NCBI GenBank assembly: GCA_045612065.1
Contig: JAZKYH010000022.1
Span: 7,615-71,614 of the forward strand
DNA: 64,000 nt
Source: Bacteroidaceae bacterium
GTDB lineage: Bacteria; Bacteroidota; Bacteroidia; Bacteroidales; Bacteroidaceae
Reading direction: 5' to 3'
Numbering within the stretch: the stretch's first letter is position 1; each line of letters begins with the position of its first letter. The notes under the pieces were generated by a model. That model was not told the origin of the DNA, did not search any database, and worked only from the letters and a program-made list of their open reading frames with translations. Of this stretch, positions 45,383-54,618 are shown one piece after another. A program made the position numbers and the translations under genes.

Positions 45383-46096
45383 ATGAAAGCCACTATACCC
45401 TACGCAGAGAAGAAATTCGAGGAGTTTAACCAATTGATGTTCGATGGCAAGCTCCCCAAACTCCCCATCGAGTTGAGCGACGCAAAGACATTCCTCGGCC
45501 TGTGTGTATATAAGAAGAAAAGGACATTGTTTGGAAAAACGGTGTGCTATGACTTCAAGCTGCGCATCAACACGAGGATTGATCTTGCCGAAGCAGAGAT
45601 CGAAGACATCATCATCCACGAGATGATTCACTACTACATCGGATATAACAATATCAAAGATTCATCAGCGCACGGACGAGTGTTCAAACACCTCATGAAG
45701 ACGATAAACGAGAAATTCGGCAGACACATCAGAATTTCCCACAAGCCCACCCAAGCACAGAAGGAGCAACTCTATGGCACCAAGCAGCGCTGGCATATAG
45801 TGGCGTTCGTCATCTTCAAAGATGGGAGAACGGGCATCAAAGTGCTTCCCAGAATTGTACCTAAAATACTGACTTACTATAATGTGGTAGGCAAGGAAAC
45901 CTACATTGAGCGCATTGAAATGTACATAACCAACAACACCTTCTTCAACCGCTACCCGAGCTCATCAGCACTGCGTGTGCACAGCATCGACAGAGTGGAT
46001 GCCGAGAAACATCTCGAAGGTGCAGAAAGATTGGTGTGTGACGGGACAAGATTTATCAGAAAAGGCACACTGCAAGCCGCCAATCGACATGTCTAA
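45383..46096 (+). CDS. SprT-like zinc metalloprotease-domain protein
   Basis: ORF 45374-46096, with the likely start at MKATIPYAEKKFEEFNQLMFDGKLP. HEMIH (HExxH) motif, and the SprT-like N-terminal pattern ...F.G.LP.... Confidence 0.7.
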   Translation: MKATIPYAEKKFEEFNQLMFDGKLPKLPIELSDAKTFLGLCVYKKKRTLFGKTVCYDFKLRINTRIDLAEAEIEDIIIHEMIHYYIGYNNIKDSSAHGRVFKHLMKTINEKFGRHIRISHKPTQAQKEQLYGTKQRWHIVAFVIFKDGRTGIKVLPRIVPKILTYYNVVGKETYIERIEMYITNNTFFNRYPSSSALRVHSIDRVDAEKHLEGAERLVCDGTRFIRKGTLQAANRHV

Positions 46097-46470
46097 GAGA
46101 TAGACATCCAAAACAAACAACAAATAAGCAAGGAGCATCCTTCACTCCTCCATCACATTTTCCCATCACATCTCCCATTGGAAGTCCTATATATCGACAA
46201 CATTTGCAGAGATAAGGCTTCACATCCTTTTCCGAATACGCAAACATAAAGAGACGATATCAAGAGACCATTTATCAATTACAACCTACAAGCTTGCTGA
46301 AACCTGCACAGCGAAATATTTCGCTTCTAAACTCCCAACCATCACGAGTTTCTCCGTCAATCTCCCCTTTTGGAAAACTTTTTGAGGAAAAAATCAGAAA
46401 AAATTCCTTTTTTTTGAACATTTCAGAAAAGAAAACCGACAAAATTCTTGCTTAAACGGTTCAATTCCAC

Positions 46471-46478
46471 TAACTTTG
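46471..46478 (+). promoter_or_regulatory. -7 box TAACTTTG upstream of dam
   Basis: Exact TAnnTTTG match 24 nt upstream of the ATG at 46502. Confidence 0.4.
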
Positions 46479-46501
46479 TAGGGTAAATCGATATACAAGA
46501 G

Positions 46502-47437
46502 ATGGCAGGATTGAATATTGGGGCACAACCATTTGTCAAATGGCCGGGAACAAAGAGTCAGCACATACACATACTGACCCAAGCATTACCCGCCGACTTT
46601 GCCGAAATTCCCAATGTCACTTACATAGAGCCTTTCGTGGGTGGCGGTGCGCTGCTCTTCCATATGTTGCAGACCTACCCTAACATCCGCCGTGCCATCA
46701 TCAATGACAATAACCTCGATCTCATCCGCGCCTACAACACCGTGCGTGACCGCGCCAAGGAGTTGGTCGCCGAACTCAAGAAGATTCAAAAGGAGTTTCT
46801 CCCTCTCGATGAAGAGGAACGCCACGAGTATTTCAACGAATTGCGCAGTGAGTTTAACGCACGCCGTGCCGACGGACTACGCCACACCGCTCTGTTTATC
46901 TTCCTCAACAAGACATCGAACGCCAACTATCGCGTCAATGCCGAGGGAAAGTTTAACGGAGCGTACAATCACTTGCAGTACCCCATCATCTGCGACGAGC
47001 GCACCATCTATGCCGACAGCAAATTGTTGCAACGCGTAACCATCCTCTGTGGTGACTATGAGAAGACTTATAGTGAGGCATGTGGTAATACTTTCTTCTT
47101 TCTTGATCCTCCTTACCGCCCCACGGGAAAGAGACACCACAACACCGACTTCGGCGACAAGGAGCAGATACGTTTGAAGAAGTTCTGCGACCTGCTCTCG
47201 TATCGTCATTTCCAGTGGATGCTCACCAACAGCGACGGTAAGTGTCAGAATCCTGACGACACCTTCATGGAGCAACTCTACAACAACTACAATGTAGACC
47301 GCATCTGGTCGCGCCAAGCCATTGTGGCCAAGCCCGAAAAACGCGAGAAACTATCCGAACTTCTCGTGCGCAACTTCCAGCAGGAAATTCTTTCGCTGCG
47401 CGACGTTAACTGCCGCCAACTCTCTCTTGCTTTCTAA
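46502..47437 (+). CDS. dam: DNA adenine methyltransferase (D12 class, Dam family), no adjacent restriction gene
   Basis: 311 aa. ...KWPGTKSQ..., the FVGGGALLF AdoMet motif, and the DPPY catalytic motif. Confidence 0.88.
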   Translation: MAGLNIGAQPFVKWPGTKSQHIHILTQALPADFAEIPNVTYIEPFVGGGALLFHMLQTYPNIRRAIINDNNLDLIRAYNTVRDRAKELVAELKKIQKEFLPLDEEERHEYFNELRSEFNARRADGLRHTALFIFLNKTSNANYRVNAEGKFNGAYNHLQYPIICDERTIYADSKLLQRVTILCGDYEKTYSEACGNTFFFLDPPYRPTGKRHHNTDFGDKEQIRLKKFCDLLSYRHFQWMLTNSDGKCQNPDDTFMEQLYNNYNVDRIWSRQAIVAKPEKREKLSELLVRNFQQEILSLRDVNCRQLSLAF

Positions 47438-47445
47438 TAAGAAAA

Positions 47446-47467
47446 ACGACAATAAAGTCGTATTTTT
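47446..47467 (+). terminator. short stem-loop plus T-run after dam
   Basis: ACGAC aataaa GTCGT followed by ATTTTT. The stem is only 5 bp. Confidence 0.35.
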
Positions 47468-47489
47468 CTGTTATTTACTTACATTTTAT

Positions 47490-47520
47490 TTTGCAAGTAG
47501 GCGATTTGTTTATATTTTTG
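47490..47520 (+). promoter_or_regulatory. leuA promoter: TTTG - 19 nt - TATTTTTG
   Basis: -33 TTTG at 47490-47493 and -7 box at 47513-47520. No leader ORF is visible before the ATG at 47561. Confidence 0.45.
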
Positions 47521-47560
47521 CAACCCCTAAGGTAAAAAGATTAATACACATATAAATACT

Positions 47561-49063
47561 ATGGACAATAATAGATTATACATCTTTGACACCACATTGC
47601 GTGATGGCGAGCAGGTGCCCGGCTGTCAACTCAATACGGTGGAGAAGATTCAAGTAGCCAAGCAGTTGGAACTGCTCGGCGTTGATGTTATCGAGGCGGG
47701 ATTCCCCGTATCAAGTCCTGGCGATTTTAATTCTGTCATCGAGATCAGTAAGGCTGTGACATGGCCCACCATCTGCGCGCTTACCCGTGCCGTGGAGAAG
47801 GATATTGATGCAGCCGCCGAAGCTTTGAAGTATGCCAAGCGCAAGCGTATCCATACAGGCATTGGCACCAGCCCCTCGCACATCCGCTACAAATTCAATA
47901 GTACTCCTGAGGAGATTATCGAGCGTGCCGTAGCTGCGGTGAAGTATGCCAAGCGCTATGTGGAGGACGTGGAGTTCTATGCCGAGGATGCTGGCCGCAC
48001 CGACAATGAGTATCTTGCTCGTGTCATCGAGGCTGTATGTAAGGCAGGTGCTACGGTGTGTAACATCCCCGACACCACAGGCTTCCGCACTCCTTATGAG
48101 TATGGTGAGAAGATTAAATATCTCTATGAGCACGTTGATGCTTTCGCAGCAGGCCGTGCCATCCTCTCTACCCACTGCCACAACGACCTCGGTATGGCCA
48201 CTGCCAACACCGTGGCTGGTGTGCTCAACGGCGCACGTCAGGTGGAGGTGACCATCAATGGTATCGGTGAACGTGCCGGTAACACTTCACTCGAGGAGGT
48301 GGCGATGATCTTCAAGACTCATCCCGACTTGGGCATCGAGACCAACATCAACACTCAGAAGATATACCCCACCAGCCGCATGGTGAGCTCATTGATGAAC
48401 ATGCCTGTGCAGCCCAACAAGGCTGTTGTGGGCCGCAATGCCTTTGCGCACTCAAGCGGTATCCACCAGGATGGTGTGCTGAAGAATGTGGAGACTTACG
48501 AGATTATGAACCCCAAGGATGTGGGTATCGACGACAATGCCATCGTGCTCACTGCCCGCAGTGGACGTGCAGCGTTGAAACACCGTCTCTCTGTGCTCGG
48601 TGTAGAACTGGAGCAGGATAAACTCGACAAGGTGTACGAGGAGTTCCTCAAGTTGGCCGACAAGAAGAAGGAAATCAACGACGACGATGTGTTGATGCTT
48701 GCCGGTGCTGACCGTAGCGACAACCACCACATCAAACTCGACTACTTGCAGGTGACCAGCGGTGTAGGTGTACGCTCAGTAGCAAGCCTTGGCTTGAAGA
48801 TCGCAGGCGAATCATTCGAAGCTGCTGCCACAGGTAATGGTCCCGTCGATGCGGCCATCAGCGCCTTGAAGCAAATCATCAAGCGCAACATGACCCTCAA
48901 GGAGTTTACTATCCAAGCCATCAGCAAGGGTTCTGATGACGTGGGTAAGGTGCACATGCAGGTGGAGTACAACAACCAACTCTACTACGGCTTCGGTGCC
49001 AATACCGACATCATCGCTGCCAGCGTGGAGGCATATATTGACTGTATAAACAAGTTTAAGTAA
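47561..49063 (+). CDS. leuA: 2-isopropylmalate synthase
   Basis: 500 aa. ...[11 protein letters not shown]..., ...[12 protein letters not shown]..., and a LeuA dimerisation/regulatory C-terminal domain. Confidence 0.93.
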   Translation: MDNNRLYIFDTTLRDGEQVPGCQLNTVEKIQVAKQLELLGVDVIEAGFPVSSPGDFNSVIEISKAVTWPTICALTRAVEKDIDAAAEALKYAKRKRIHTGIGTSPSHIRYKFNSTPEEIIERAVAAVKYAKRYVEDVEFYAEDAGRTDNEYLARVIEAVCKAGATVCNIPDTTGFRTPYEYGEKIKYLYEHVDAFAAGRAILSTHCHNDLGMATANTVAGVLNGARQVEVTINGIGERAGNTSLEEVAMIFKTHPDLGIETNINTQKIYPTSRMVSSLMNMPVQPNKAVVGRNAFAHSSGIHQDGVLKNVETYEIMNPKDVGIDDNAIVLTARSGRAALKHRLSVLGVELEQDKLDKVYEEFLKLADKKKEINDDDVLMLAGADRSDNHHIKLDYLQVTSGVGVRSVASLGLKIAGESFEAAATGNGPVDAAISALKQIIKRNMTLKEFTIQAISKGSDDVGKVHMQVEYNNQLYYGFGANTDIIAASVEAYIDCINKFK

Positions 49064-49064
49064 G

Positions 49065-50453
49065 ATGAAGACTTTATTCGATAAGATTTGGGATGCCCAC
49101 GTAGTACAGAAGGTGGAAGATGGTCCCACACAACTTTATATCGACCGCCTCTATTGCCATGAGGTGACTACACCGCAGGCGTTCGACACACTGAGAGATA
49201 AGAACATCCGCGTATTCCGCCCCGACCATGTGGTGGCCATGCCCGACCATAACACCCCAAGCGACCAGCAGGAGCGCATTGACGATCCCGTAGGACGCAA
49301 GCAGGTAGAGACACTCGCCGCCAACTGCGCCGAGTTTGGCATCCGCCACTTTGCCATGGGTACCAAGGACAATGGCATCATCCACGTGGTAGGTCCCGAG
49401 AAGGCACTCTCACTTCCAGGCATGACCATCGTATGTGGCGACTCACACACCTCTACACATGGTGCTGTAGGCGCTATCGCCATGGGTATCGGTACCAGTG
49501 AGGTGGCCCAGGTGCTCGCCTCGCAAACCATCCTGCAGAGCAAGCCCAAGACCATGCGCATCAACATCGAAGGCGAATTGGCCGAAGGCGTTACCGCCAA
49601 GGACGTAGCGCTCTACATCATGGCGCAGCTCACCACATCTGGTGCTACGGGCTACGCTGTGGAGTATGCCGGTTCTACCGTTCGCAATATGTCTATGGAG
49701 GGTCGTCTGACACTCTCGAACCTCTCTATCGAGATGGGCTCACGTGCAGGTCTTATTGCTCCCGACGAGACAACTTTCGCCTACCTCAAGGGTCGCGAAT
49801 ATGCACCCAAGGGTGAAGCGTGGGACAAGGCTGTAGAGGAGTGGAAACAACTTTACTCTGACGCTGACGCCGTGTTCGACAAGGAGGTTACCTACCGTGC
49901 TGAGGACATTGCTCCCCGCATCACCTATGGCACTAACCCCGGTGCAGGTATCGCTATCGACGAGTGTATTCCTACACTTGAAGAGGTAGCCGCAGAGGAC
50001 CATGCACAATTCCTCGCTATGCTCGACTACATGCAGTTCGAGCCTGGACAGAAACTCGAGGGCACTCCCGTCGACTACTGCTTCCTTGGCGCTTGCACCA
50101 ATGGCCGTATTGAGGACTTCCGCGCCTTCGCCTCTGTGGTTAAAGGCAAGAAGAAAGCCGAGAACGTGGTGGCATGGCTCGTGCCTGGCTCATGGCTCGT
50201 GCGCCAGCAGATTATCGATGAGGGTATCGATAAGATTCTCGAAGAGGCAGGCTTTGAACTTCGCCTCCCCTCATGCTCATCATGCTTGGCAATGAACCCC
50301 GACAAGGTGCCTGCAGGCAAGCTCTCCATCTCAACCAGCAACCGCAACTTCGTAGGCCGTCAAGGACCCGGTGCACGCACCATCCTCGCATCGCCCCTCG
50401 TAGTGGCAGCCTCAGCAATCACAGGAGTAGTAACCGATCCTCGTAAAATGTAA
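49065..50453 (+). CDS. leuC: 3-isopropylmalate dehydratase large subunit
   Basis: 462 aa. ...[15 protein letters not shown]... and aconitase-family cluster ligands (...[10 protein letters not shown]...). Confidence 0.95.
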   Translation: MKTLFDKIWDAHVVQKVEDGPTQLYIDRLYCHEVTTPQAFDTLRDKNIRVFRPDHVVAMPDHNTPSDQQERIDDPVGRKQVETLAANCAEFGIRHFAMGTKDNGIIHVVGPEKALSLPGMTIVCGDSHTSTHGAVGAIAMGIGTSEVAQVLASQTILQSKPKTMRINIEGELAEGVTAKDVALYIMAQLTTSGATGYAVEYAGSTVRNMSMEGRLTLSNLSIEMGSRAGLIAPDETTFAYLKGREYAPKGEAWDKAVEEWKQLYSDADAVFDKEVTYRAEDIAPRITYGTNPGAGIAIDECIPTLEEVAAEDHAQFLAMLDYMQFEPGQKLEGTPVDYCFLGACTNGRIEDFRAFASVVKGKKKAENVVAWLVPGSWLVRQQIIDEGIDKILEEAGFELRLPSCSSCLAMNPDKVPAGKLSISTSNRNFVGRQGPGARTILASPLVVAASAITGVVTDPRKM

Positions 50454-50458
50454 TTATT

Positions 50459-51076
50459 ATGGCAAAACAGAAATTTGACATCATACAGTCAACCTGTCTC
50501 CCTATACAGATTGACAACTGCAACACCGACCTCATCATCCCTGCCCGTTACTTGGCCAGCACCACACGCGACCCCAAGTTCTTCGGCGATGCCTTCATGC
50601 ACGACCTCCGTTATGATGGCGAGGGCAAGCCCGTGGCAGACTTTGTAATGAACCGTCCCGAGTATAGCGAGGCTCCTCGCGAGGGCGTACATGAGATTAT
50701 TATCGGTGGACAAAACTGGGGTTCAGGTTCAAGCCGTGAACACGCTGCTTGGGCTATCGCTGGCTATGGCGCACGCGTAGTCATCAGCAGTTCATTTGCC
50801 GACATTCATCGCAACAACTTGCTCAACTGCTTCGTGCTTCCCGTTATCGTTAGCCGCGAGTTCCAGCAGGAGTTGTTCGATACCGTAGAGGCTAACCCTC
50901 AAGCCGAGGTGCGTGTTGATGTGCCCAACCAAACCGTCACCAACCTTACTACAGGTCACAGCGAGACATTCGACATCAATGGCTATAAGAAGTATTGCTT
51001 GATGAATGCCCTTGACGATATCGACTTCCTTTTGGAGAACACCGCCAAGATTGAGGAGTTCGAAAACGCAAAGTAA
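50459..51076 (+). CDS. leuD: 3-isopropylmalate dehydratase small subunit
   Basis: 205 aa. ...GQNWGSGSSREHAAWA... swivel-domain motif. Confidence 0.93.
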   Translation: MAKQKFDIIQSTCLPIQIDNCNTDLIIPARYLASTTRDPKFFGDAFMHDLRYDGEGKPVADFVMNRPEYSEAPREGVHEIIIGGQNWGSGSSREHAAWAIAGYGARVVISSSFADIHRNNLLNCFVLPVIVSREFQQELFDTVEANPQAEVRVDVPNQTVTNLTTGHSETFDINGYKKYCLMNALDDIDFLLENTAKIEEFENAK

Positions 51077-51104
51077 GAGAGGTTTTCAGTTTCGATAAAA
51101 GAAA

Positions 51105-51142
51105 AATTGCATAGGGCTTACGCCTTATGCAATTTCTTTTTT
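51105..51142. terminator. hairpin plus T-run between convergent leuD and argD
   Basis: TTGCATAGGGC ttac GCCTTATGCAA (1 mismatch) followed by TTTCTTTTTT, with an A-run on the other side. Confidence 0.75.
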
Positions 51143-51203
51143 GTGAGGATTCTCTTAAATCAAGAAAACCAACAGCCAATAGCTAAATGCTAACAGCCAA
51201 CAG

Positions 51204-52328
51204 TTAAGATATCAACTCCTTGAAAGCAGCAAGGAACACATCGGCATGCGCTTTTGTGATGCCCAATGCAGGGAGTAGACGCACGGTTGACACACCTGCA
51301 CCACCTGTGAAGATGTGTTTCTCGAAGAGCAAGCGCTTGCGGAACTCTGAAGCCGAGCCTTCAATCTCGATGCCAATCATCAGACCGCGACCACGCACCT
51401 CCTTGATTTGTGGAATTTTCTTGAGTTCTTCGATGAGGTAAGCACCTACCTCGGCAGCATTCTCAATGAGGCTCTCCTGCTCAAACACGTCGAGCACGGC
51501 AATGGCTGCGGCGCATGCCAAGTGGTTGCCGCCGAAAGTTGTGCCGAGCATACTGGGCCAGGGCTTGTAGTGAGGAGCAATGAGTACACCACCGATGGGG
51601 AAACCATTACCCATACCCTTGGCTATGGTGATGAGGTCGGGGCGGATGTCGGCAATCTGGTGGGCGAAGAACTTGCCTGTACGGCCATAACCCGACTGTA
51701 TCTCGTCAAGAATGAGCGAAACGCCATACTTGGTAGTCATCTCACGCAATTGGCAGAGGAACTCTGCCGAGGGACAATGAATGCCAGCCACACCCTGTAT
51801 GCCCTCGATGATAACGGCACAGAACTCGCCCGTCTGCAACTTTTCCTCCACAGCAACAATATCACCGAGAGGCACGAACTCAACATTCGGAGTGCGATTG
51901 AAGGGGGCGTTAATCTTGGGATTATCCGTGGCTGCTACAGCACCTGAAGTGCGGCCGTGGAAAGCCTTACTGAAAGCCAACACCTTGGCTTTGTCGTTAT
52001 GGAATGAAGCGAGCTTGATAGCATTTTCATTCGCCTCAGCACCAGAGTTGCAGAGGAAGAGGCTATAGTCATTGTAGCCCGAGAGGCGACCGAGTTTTTC
52101 GGCCAATTGCTGTTGCAAACTGTTCTCTACAGAGTTAGAATAGAAGCCGAGTTTAGCCACCTGCTCACTAATCATCTGCACATAGTGCGGGTGGGCATGA
52201 CCAATAGAGATTACGGCATGACCTCCATAGAGGTCGAGATATTCGGTGCCAGCGGCATCGTATACATAGTTTCCCTTGCCGCGCACGGGCTCTATGGGAT
52301 AGAGGGGATATACGTCAAAAAGATTCAT
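51204..52328 (-). CDS. argD: acetylornithine aminotransferase (class III PLP aminotransferase)
   Basis: 374 aa. ...LCNSGAEANE..., ...LILDEIQSGYGRTGKFF..., and adjacency to argC. Confidence 0.88.
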   Translation of the reverse strand: MNLFDVYPLYPIEPVRGKGNYVYDAAGTEYLDLYGGHAVISIGHAHPHYVQMISEQVAKLGFYSNSVENSLQQQLAEKLGRLSGYNDYSLFLCNSGAEANENAIKLASFHNDKAKVLAFSKAFHGRTSGAVAATDNPKINAPFNRTPNVEFVPLGDIVAVEEKLQTGEFCAVIIEGIQGVAGIHCPSAEFLCQLREMTTKYGVSLILDEIQSGYGRTGKFFAHQIADIRPDLITIAKGMGNGFPIGGVLIAPHYKPWPSMLGTTFGGNHLACAAAIAVLDVFEQESLIENAAEVGAYLIEELKKIPQIKEVRGRGLMIGIEIEGSASEFRKRLLFEKHIFTGGAGVSTVRLLPALGITKAHADVFLAAFKELIS

Positions 52329-52340
52329 ATGCTAATTGAA

Positions 52341-53333
52341 TTAGAATGCGTTCGCCTTCAAACCAAGTCCGGATTTCTCGTCAATGCCGAACATTAGGTT
52401 CATATTCTGCACTGCCTGACCTACGGCACCCTTCAGGAGGTTGTCGATGATGCAGGTGATGACAGCCTTGTTGCCAAATTTGTCGATGTGTACGAACGCT
52501 TTATTGGTGTTAACCACCTGTTTTAAGTCGAGCGCCTTATCAATATAGTGGGTAAAGGCTGCATCGGCATAGAACGCGCGATACATATCTGCCAATTGCT
52601 CGGCTGTGGGATTGGCAGGTGTGCCCTCCTCGCCGTCGAACTTCACCACTTCGGTGCAGAAGATGCCGCGAGCAAAGTCGCCACGATAAGGAATAAAGTC
52701 AACATCCACCTCAAGCGAACCTTGTAGCTCGGTGAGCGACTGACGTATCTCGTGCAGGTGCTGATGGGTGAATACCTTATAGATGCTCATGTTGTCGGAG
52801 CGCCAACTGAAATGAGTAGTAGACACAGGTTTCTGACCTGCACCAGTAGAACCAGTAATAGCATTCACCGCCACGTCATGAGTGAGCAATCCGGCCTTTG
52901 CTAAAGGCAGCAAACCGAGCTGTATGCAGGTGGCAAAGCAACCGGGGTTGGCCAAACGCTGACACTTGCAGATTTGCTCCTTATGTATTTCGGGGAGTCC
53001 ATACACGTAGTCGTGCGTGGGAGCCGCGATGCGGAAGTCTTGCGCCAAGTCGATAATCTTCACATGCGCAGGAATGGCATGCTTTTTGAGGAACTCTTCG
53101 CTCTTACCGTGACCAAAGCAGAAGAACACCACGTCCACTTCATCGAAGGGCATGGAATCAGTAAAACGAAGGTCTGTATCACCTAATAATCCCTCATGTA
53201 CATCAGCCACGAAGTTACCGGCATTACTCTCACTGTTGGCAAAGACAATCTCTGCCTCGGGGTGATGCACTAGCAAACGGATAAGTTCTCCACCTGTATA
53301 ACCCGCAGCACCAAGTATTCCAACTTTTATCAT
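52341..53333 (-). CDS. argC: N-acetyl-gamma-glutamyl-phosphate reductase
   Basis: 330 aa. MIKVGILGAAGYTGGELIRLL and the active-site ...NPGCFAT.... Confidence 0.93.
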   Translation of the reverse strand: MIKVGILGAAGYTGGELIRLLVHHPEAEIVFANSESNAGNFVADVHEGLLGDTDLRFTDSMPFDEVDVVFFCFGHGKSEEFLKKHAIPAHVKIIDLAQDFRIAAPTHDYVYGLPEIHKEQICKCQRLANPGCFATCIQLGLLPLAKAGLLTHDVAVNAITGSTGAGQKPVSTTHFSWRSDNMSIYKVFTHQHLHEIRQSLTELQGSLEVDVDFIPYRGDFARGIFCTEVVKFDGEEGTPANPTAEQLADMYRAFYADAAFTHYIDKALDLKQVVNTNKAFVHIDKFGNKAVITCIIDNLLKGAVGQAVQNMNLMFGIDEKSGLGLKANAF

Positions 53334-53545
53334 CTTTTTATGTTAAATTGGCTCTTTTCCTCAGGGACAAGTAATGCCATGATAAAATATACGATAACTC
53401 CACAGAATGCTGTAAATATGGTTGCCAACGTGTAGATGACACGTACTACGGTAACATCAATATTTGCATAGTTGGCAATAGCTGCACATACACCTGCCAA
53501 CAATCGTCCAGTACGAGGACGTTCCATTTTTTTAGGTTCTGACAT
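53330..53545 (-). CDS. PspC-domain small membrane protein
   Basis: 71 aa. ...RLLAGVCAAIANYANIDVTVVRVIY... is a PspC-domain signature followed by a TM helix. Its stop overlaps the argC ATG (ATGA). Confidence 0.75.
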   Translation of the reverse strand: MSEPKKMERPRTGRLLAGVCAAIANYANIDVTVVRVIYTLATIFTAFCGVIVYFIMALLVPEEKSQFNIKR

Positions 53546-53639
53546 AATTCCTTAAAACTAAGTTTGTACGACAAAGATAATGCAAGACAAGAAAAATACA
53601 AAATTATTTTGAATATTTACTATTCCTACGACAGCAATC

Positions 53640-53700
53640 TAAACCGAGCTTTCACCTATCTTCAGACTGCAAAGCTGCCATAGTTGTGCTATCCACGACC
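53640..53700 (-). repeat. dispersed copy of the rplY-upstream repeat module
   Basis: Minus strand reads ...TAGCACAACTATGGCAGCTTTGCAGTCTGAAGATAGG.... GCTTTGCAGTCTGAAGATAGG differs by 1 nt from GCTTCGCAGTCTGAAGATAGG at 40656-40676. Confidence 0.8.
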
Positions 53701-53762
53701 CAATACGACAAAAAGAAAAGACGAGCAATACATGACTCAGAAAAAAAGACTACTTTTGTCCT

Positions 53763-54440
53763 ATGAAAGAACAACATGCCTATTCACACTCCGAAGAAAT
53801 CGTCAACACCACGACACACGCTACTGGCCTTGTCATGGCACTTGTCGTATGCACATATTTTCTTGTACAGAGCAACAGTACAAGTTCTTGGATAGTTCCC
53901 TTCAGCCTTACACTATATCTATTCGGTGTAGTCAGTTCATACGCGGCTTCCACCCTCTACCATGCCATCCCGGCAAGTGGGACATATGCCAAGGCTCTCA
54001 CCCGCAAATTTGACCATGCAGCCATCTACTGGCACATTGCCGGAAGCTATACCCCACTCACTCTCATAGCCATGCGAGACGGAGGTGAGCCCGTTTGGGG
54101 CTTGGTTATTTTTGCTTTCGTATGGCTTTGCGCTATAGTGGGCACAGCACTCAGTTTTAGAAAGATGAAGGTACAGAACTACCTCGAGACCACCTGCTAT
54201 GTACTCATGGGACTAACCATTCTGATAGCCTTCAAACCCTTTTACGACACTTGCAGCCTCCCCATCGTACTATGGGTGGTAGGTGAAGGCATAGCTTACA
54301 TCATTGGCGCAGTACTTTACAGTTTCAAGAAAATCCCCTACGCACATTCCGCATTCCACATCCTCGTTATCTTAGGTGACATCTGTCATATGATTGCCAC
54401 GTGGATGATGTTGCGCATGTTCAGCATCATACCCAACTAA
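53763..54440 (+). CDS. hemolysin III / PAQR-family membrane protein
   Basis: 225 aa, 7 TM segments, with ...EEIVNTTTHA..., ...FDHAAIY... and ...HSAFHILV... motifs. Confidence 0.88.
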   Translation: MKEQHAYSHSEEIVNTTTHATGLVMALVVCTYFLVQSNSTSSWIVPFSLTLYLFGVVSSYAASTLYHAIPASGTYAKALTRKFDHAAIYWHIAGSYTPLTLIAMRDGGEPVWGLVIFAFVWLCAIVGTALSFRKMKVQNYLETTCYVLMGLTILIAFKPFYDTCSLPIVLWVVGEGIAYIIGAVLYSFKKIPYAHSAFHILVILGDICHMIATWMMLRMFSIIPN

Positions 54441-54618
54441 TACACTGATGACGAACAAAGCACAATATTCATAATTTTACTTAAACTATTCGTTTGTATC
54501 CATTCTTTTTTTGTACCTTTACATGATAAAATGGGTGAGTAGGCATAAATGGTTGCAACTCGCCGTTGAGGCTCTCTTTTGAGCCGCTTGATAAGACAAC
54601 AAAAAAAGAACATACATA

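Noticed and set aside
44915-45429. Three overlapping short ORFs (44915-45148 minus, 45006-45275 minus, 45154-45429 plus) in the gene-poor segment.
   Set aside because: They are mutually exclusive, Cys-rich or low-complexity, and have no motifs. One overlaps the better-supported SprT-like start. The evidence is not sufficient to call them.
46380-46440. A-rich low-complexity stretch (GAGGAAAAAATCAGAAAAAATTCCTTTTTTTTGAACATTTCAGAAAAGAAAACC) upstream of dam.
   Set aside because: I could define no clear periodicity or palindrome. It is probably just AT-rich promoter-upstream DNA.
47521-47560. A Leu-codon leader peptide upstream of leuA, by analogy with the trpB2 attenuator.
   Set aside because: There is no mini-ORF and no terminator hairpin between the predicted promoter and the leuA ATG.
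53610-53625. TGAATATTTACTATTC, considered as an ArgR (ARG box) operator upstream of pspC-argC-argD.
   Set aside because: The second half-site does not match ATTCA and there is no tandem second box. The region is generally AT-rich.
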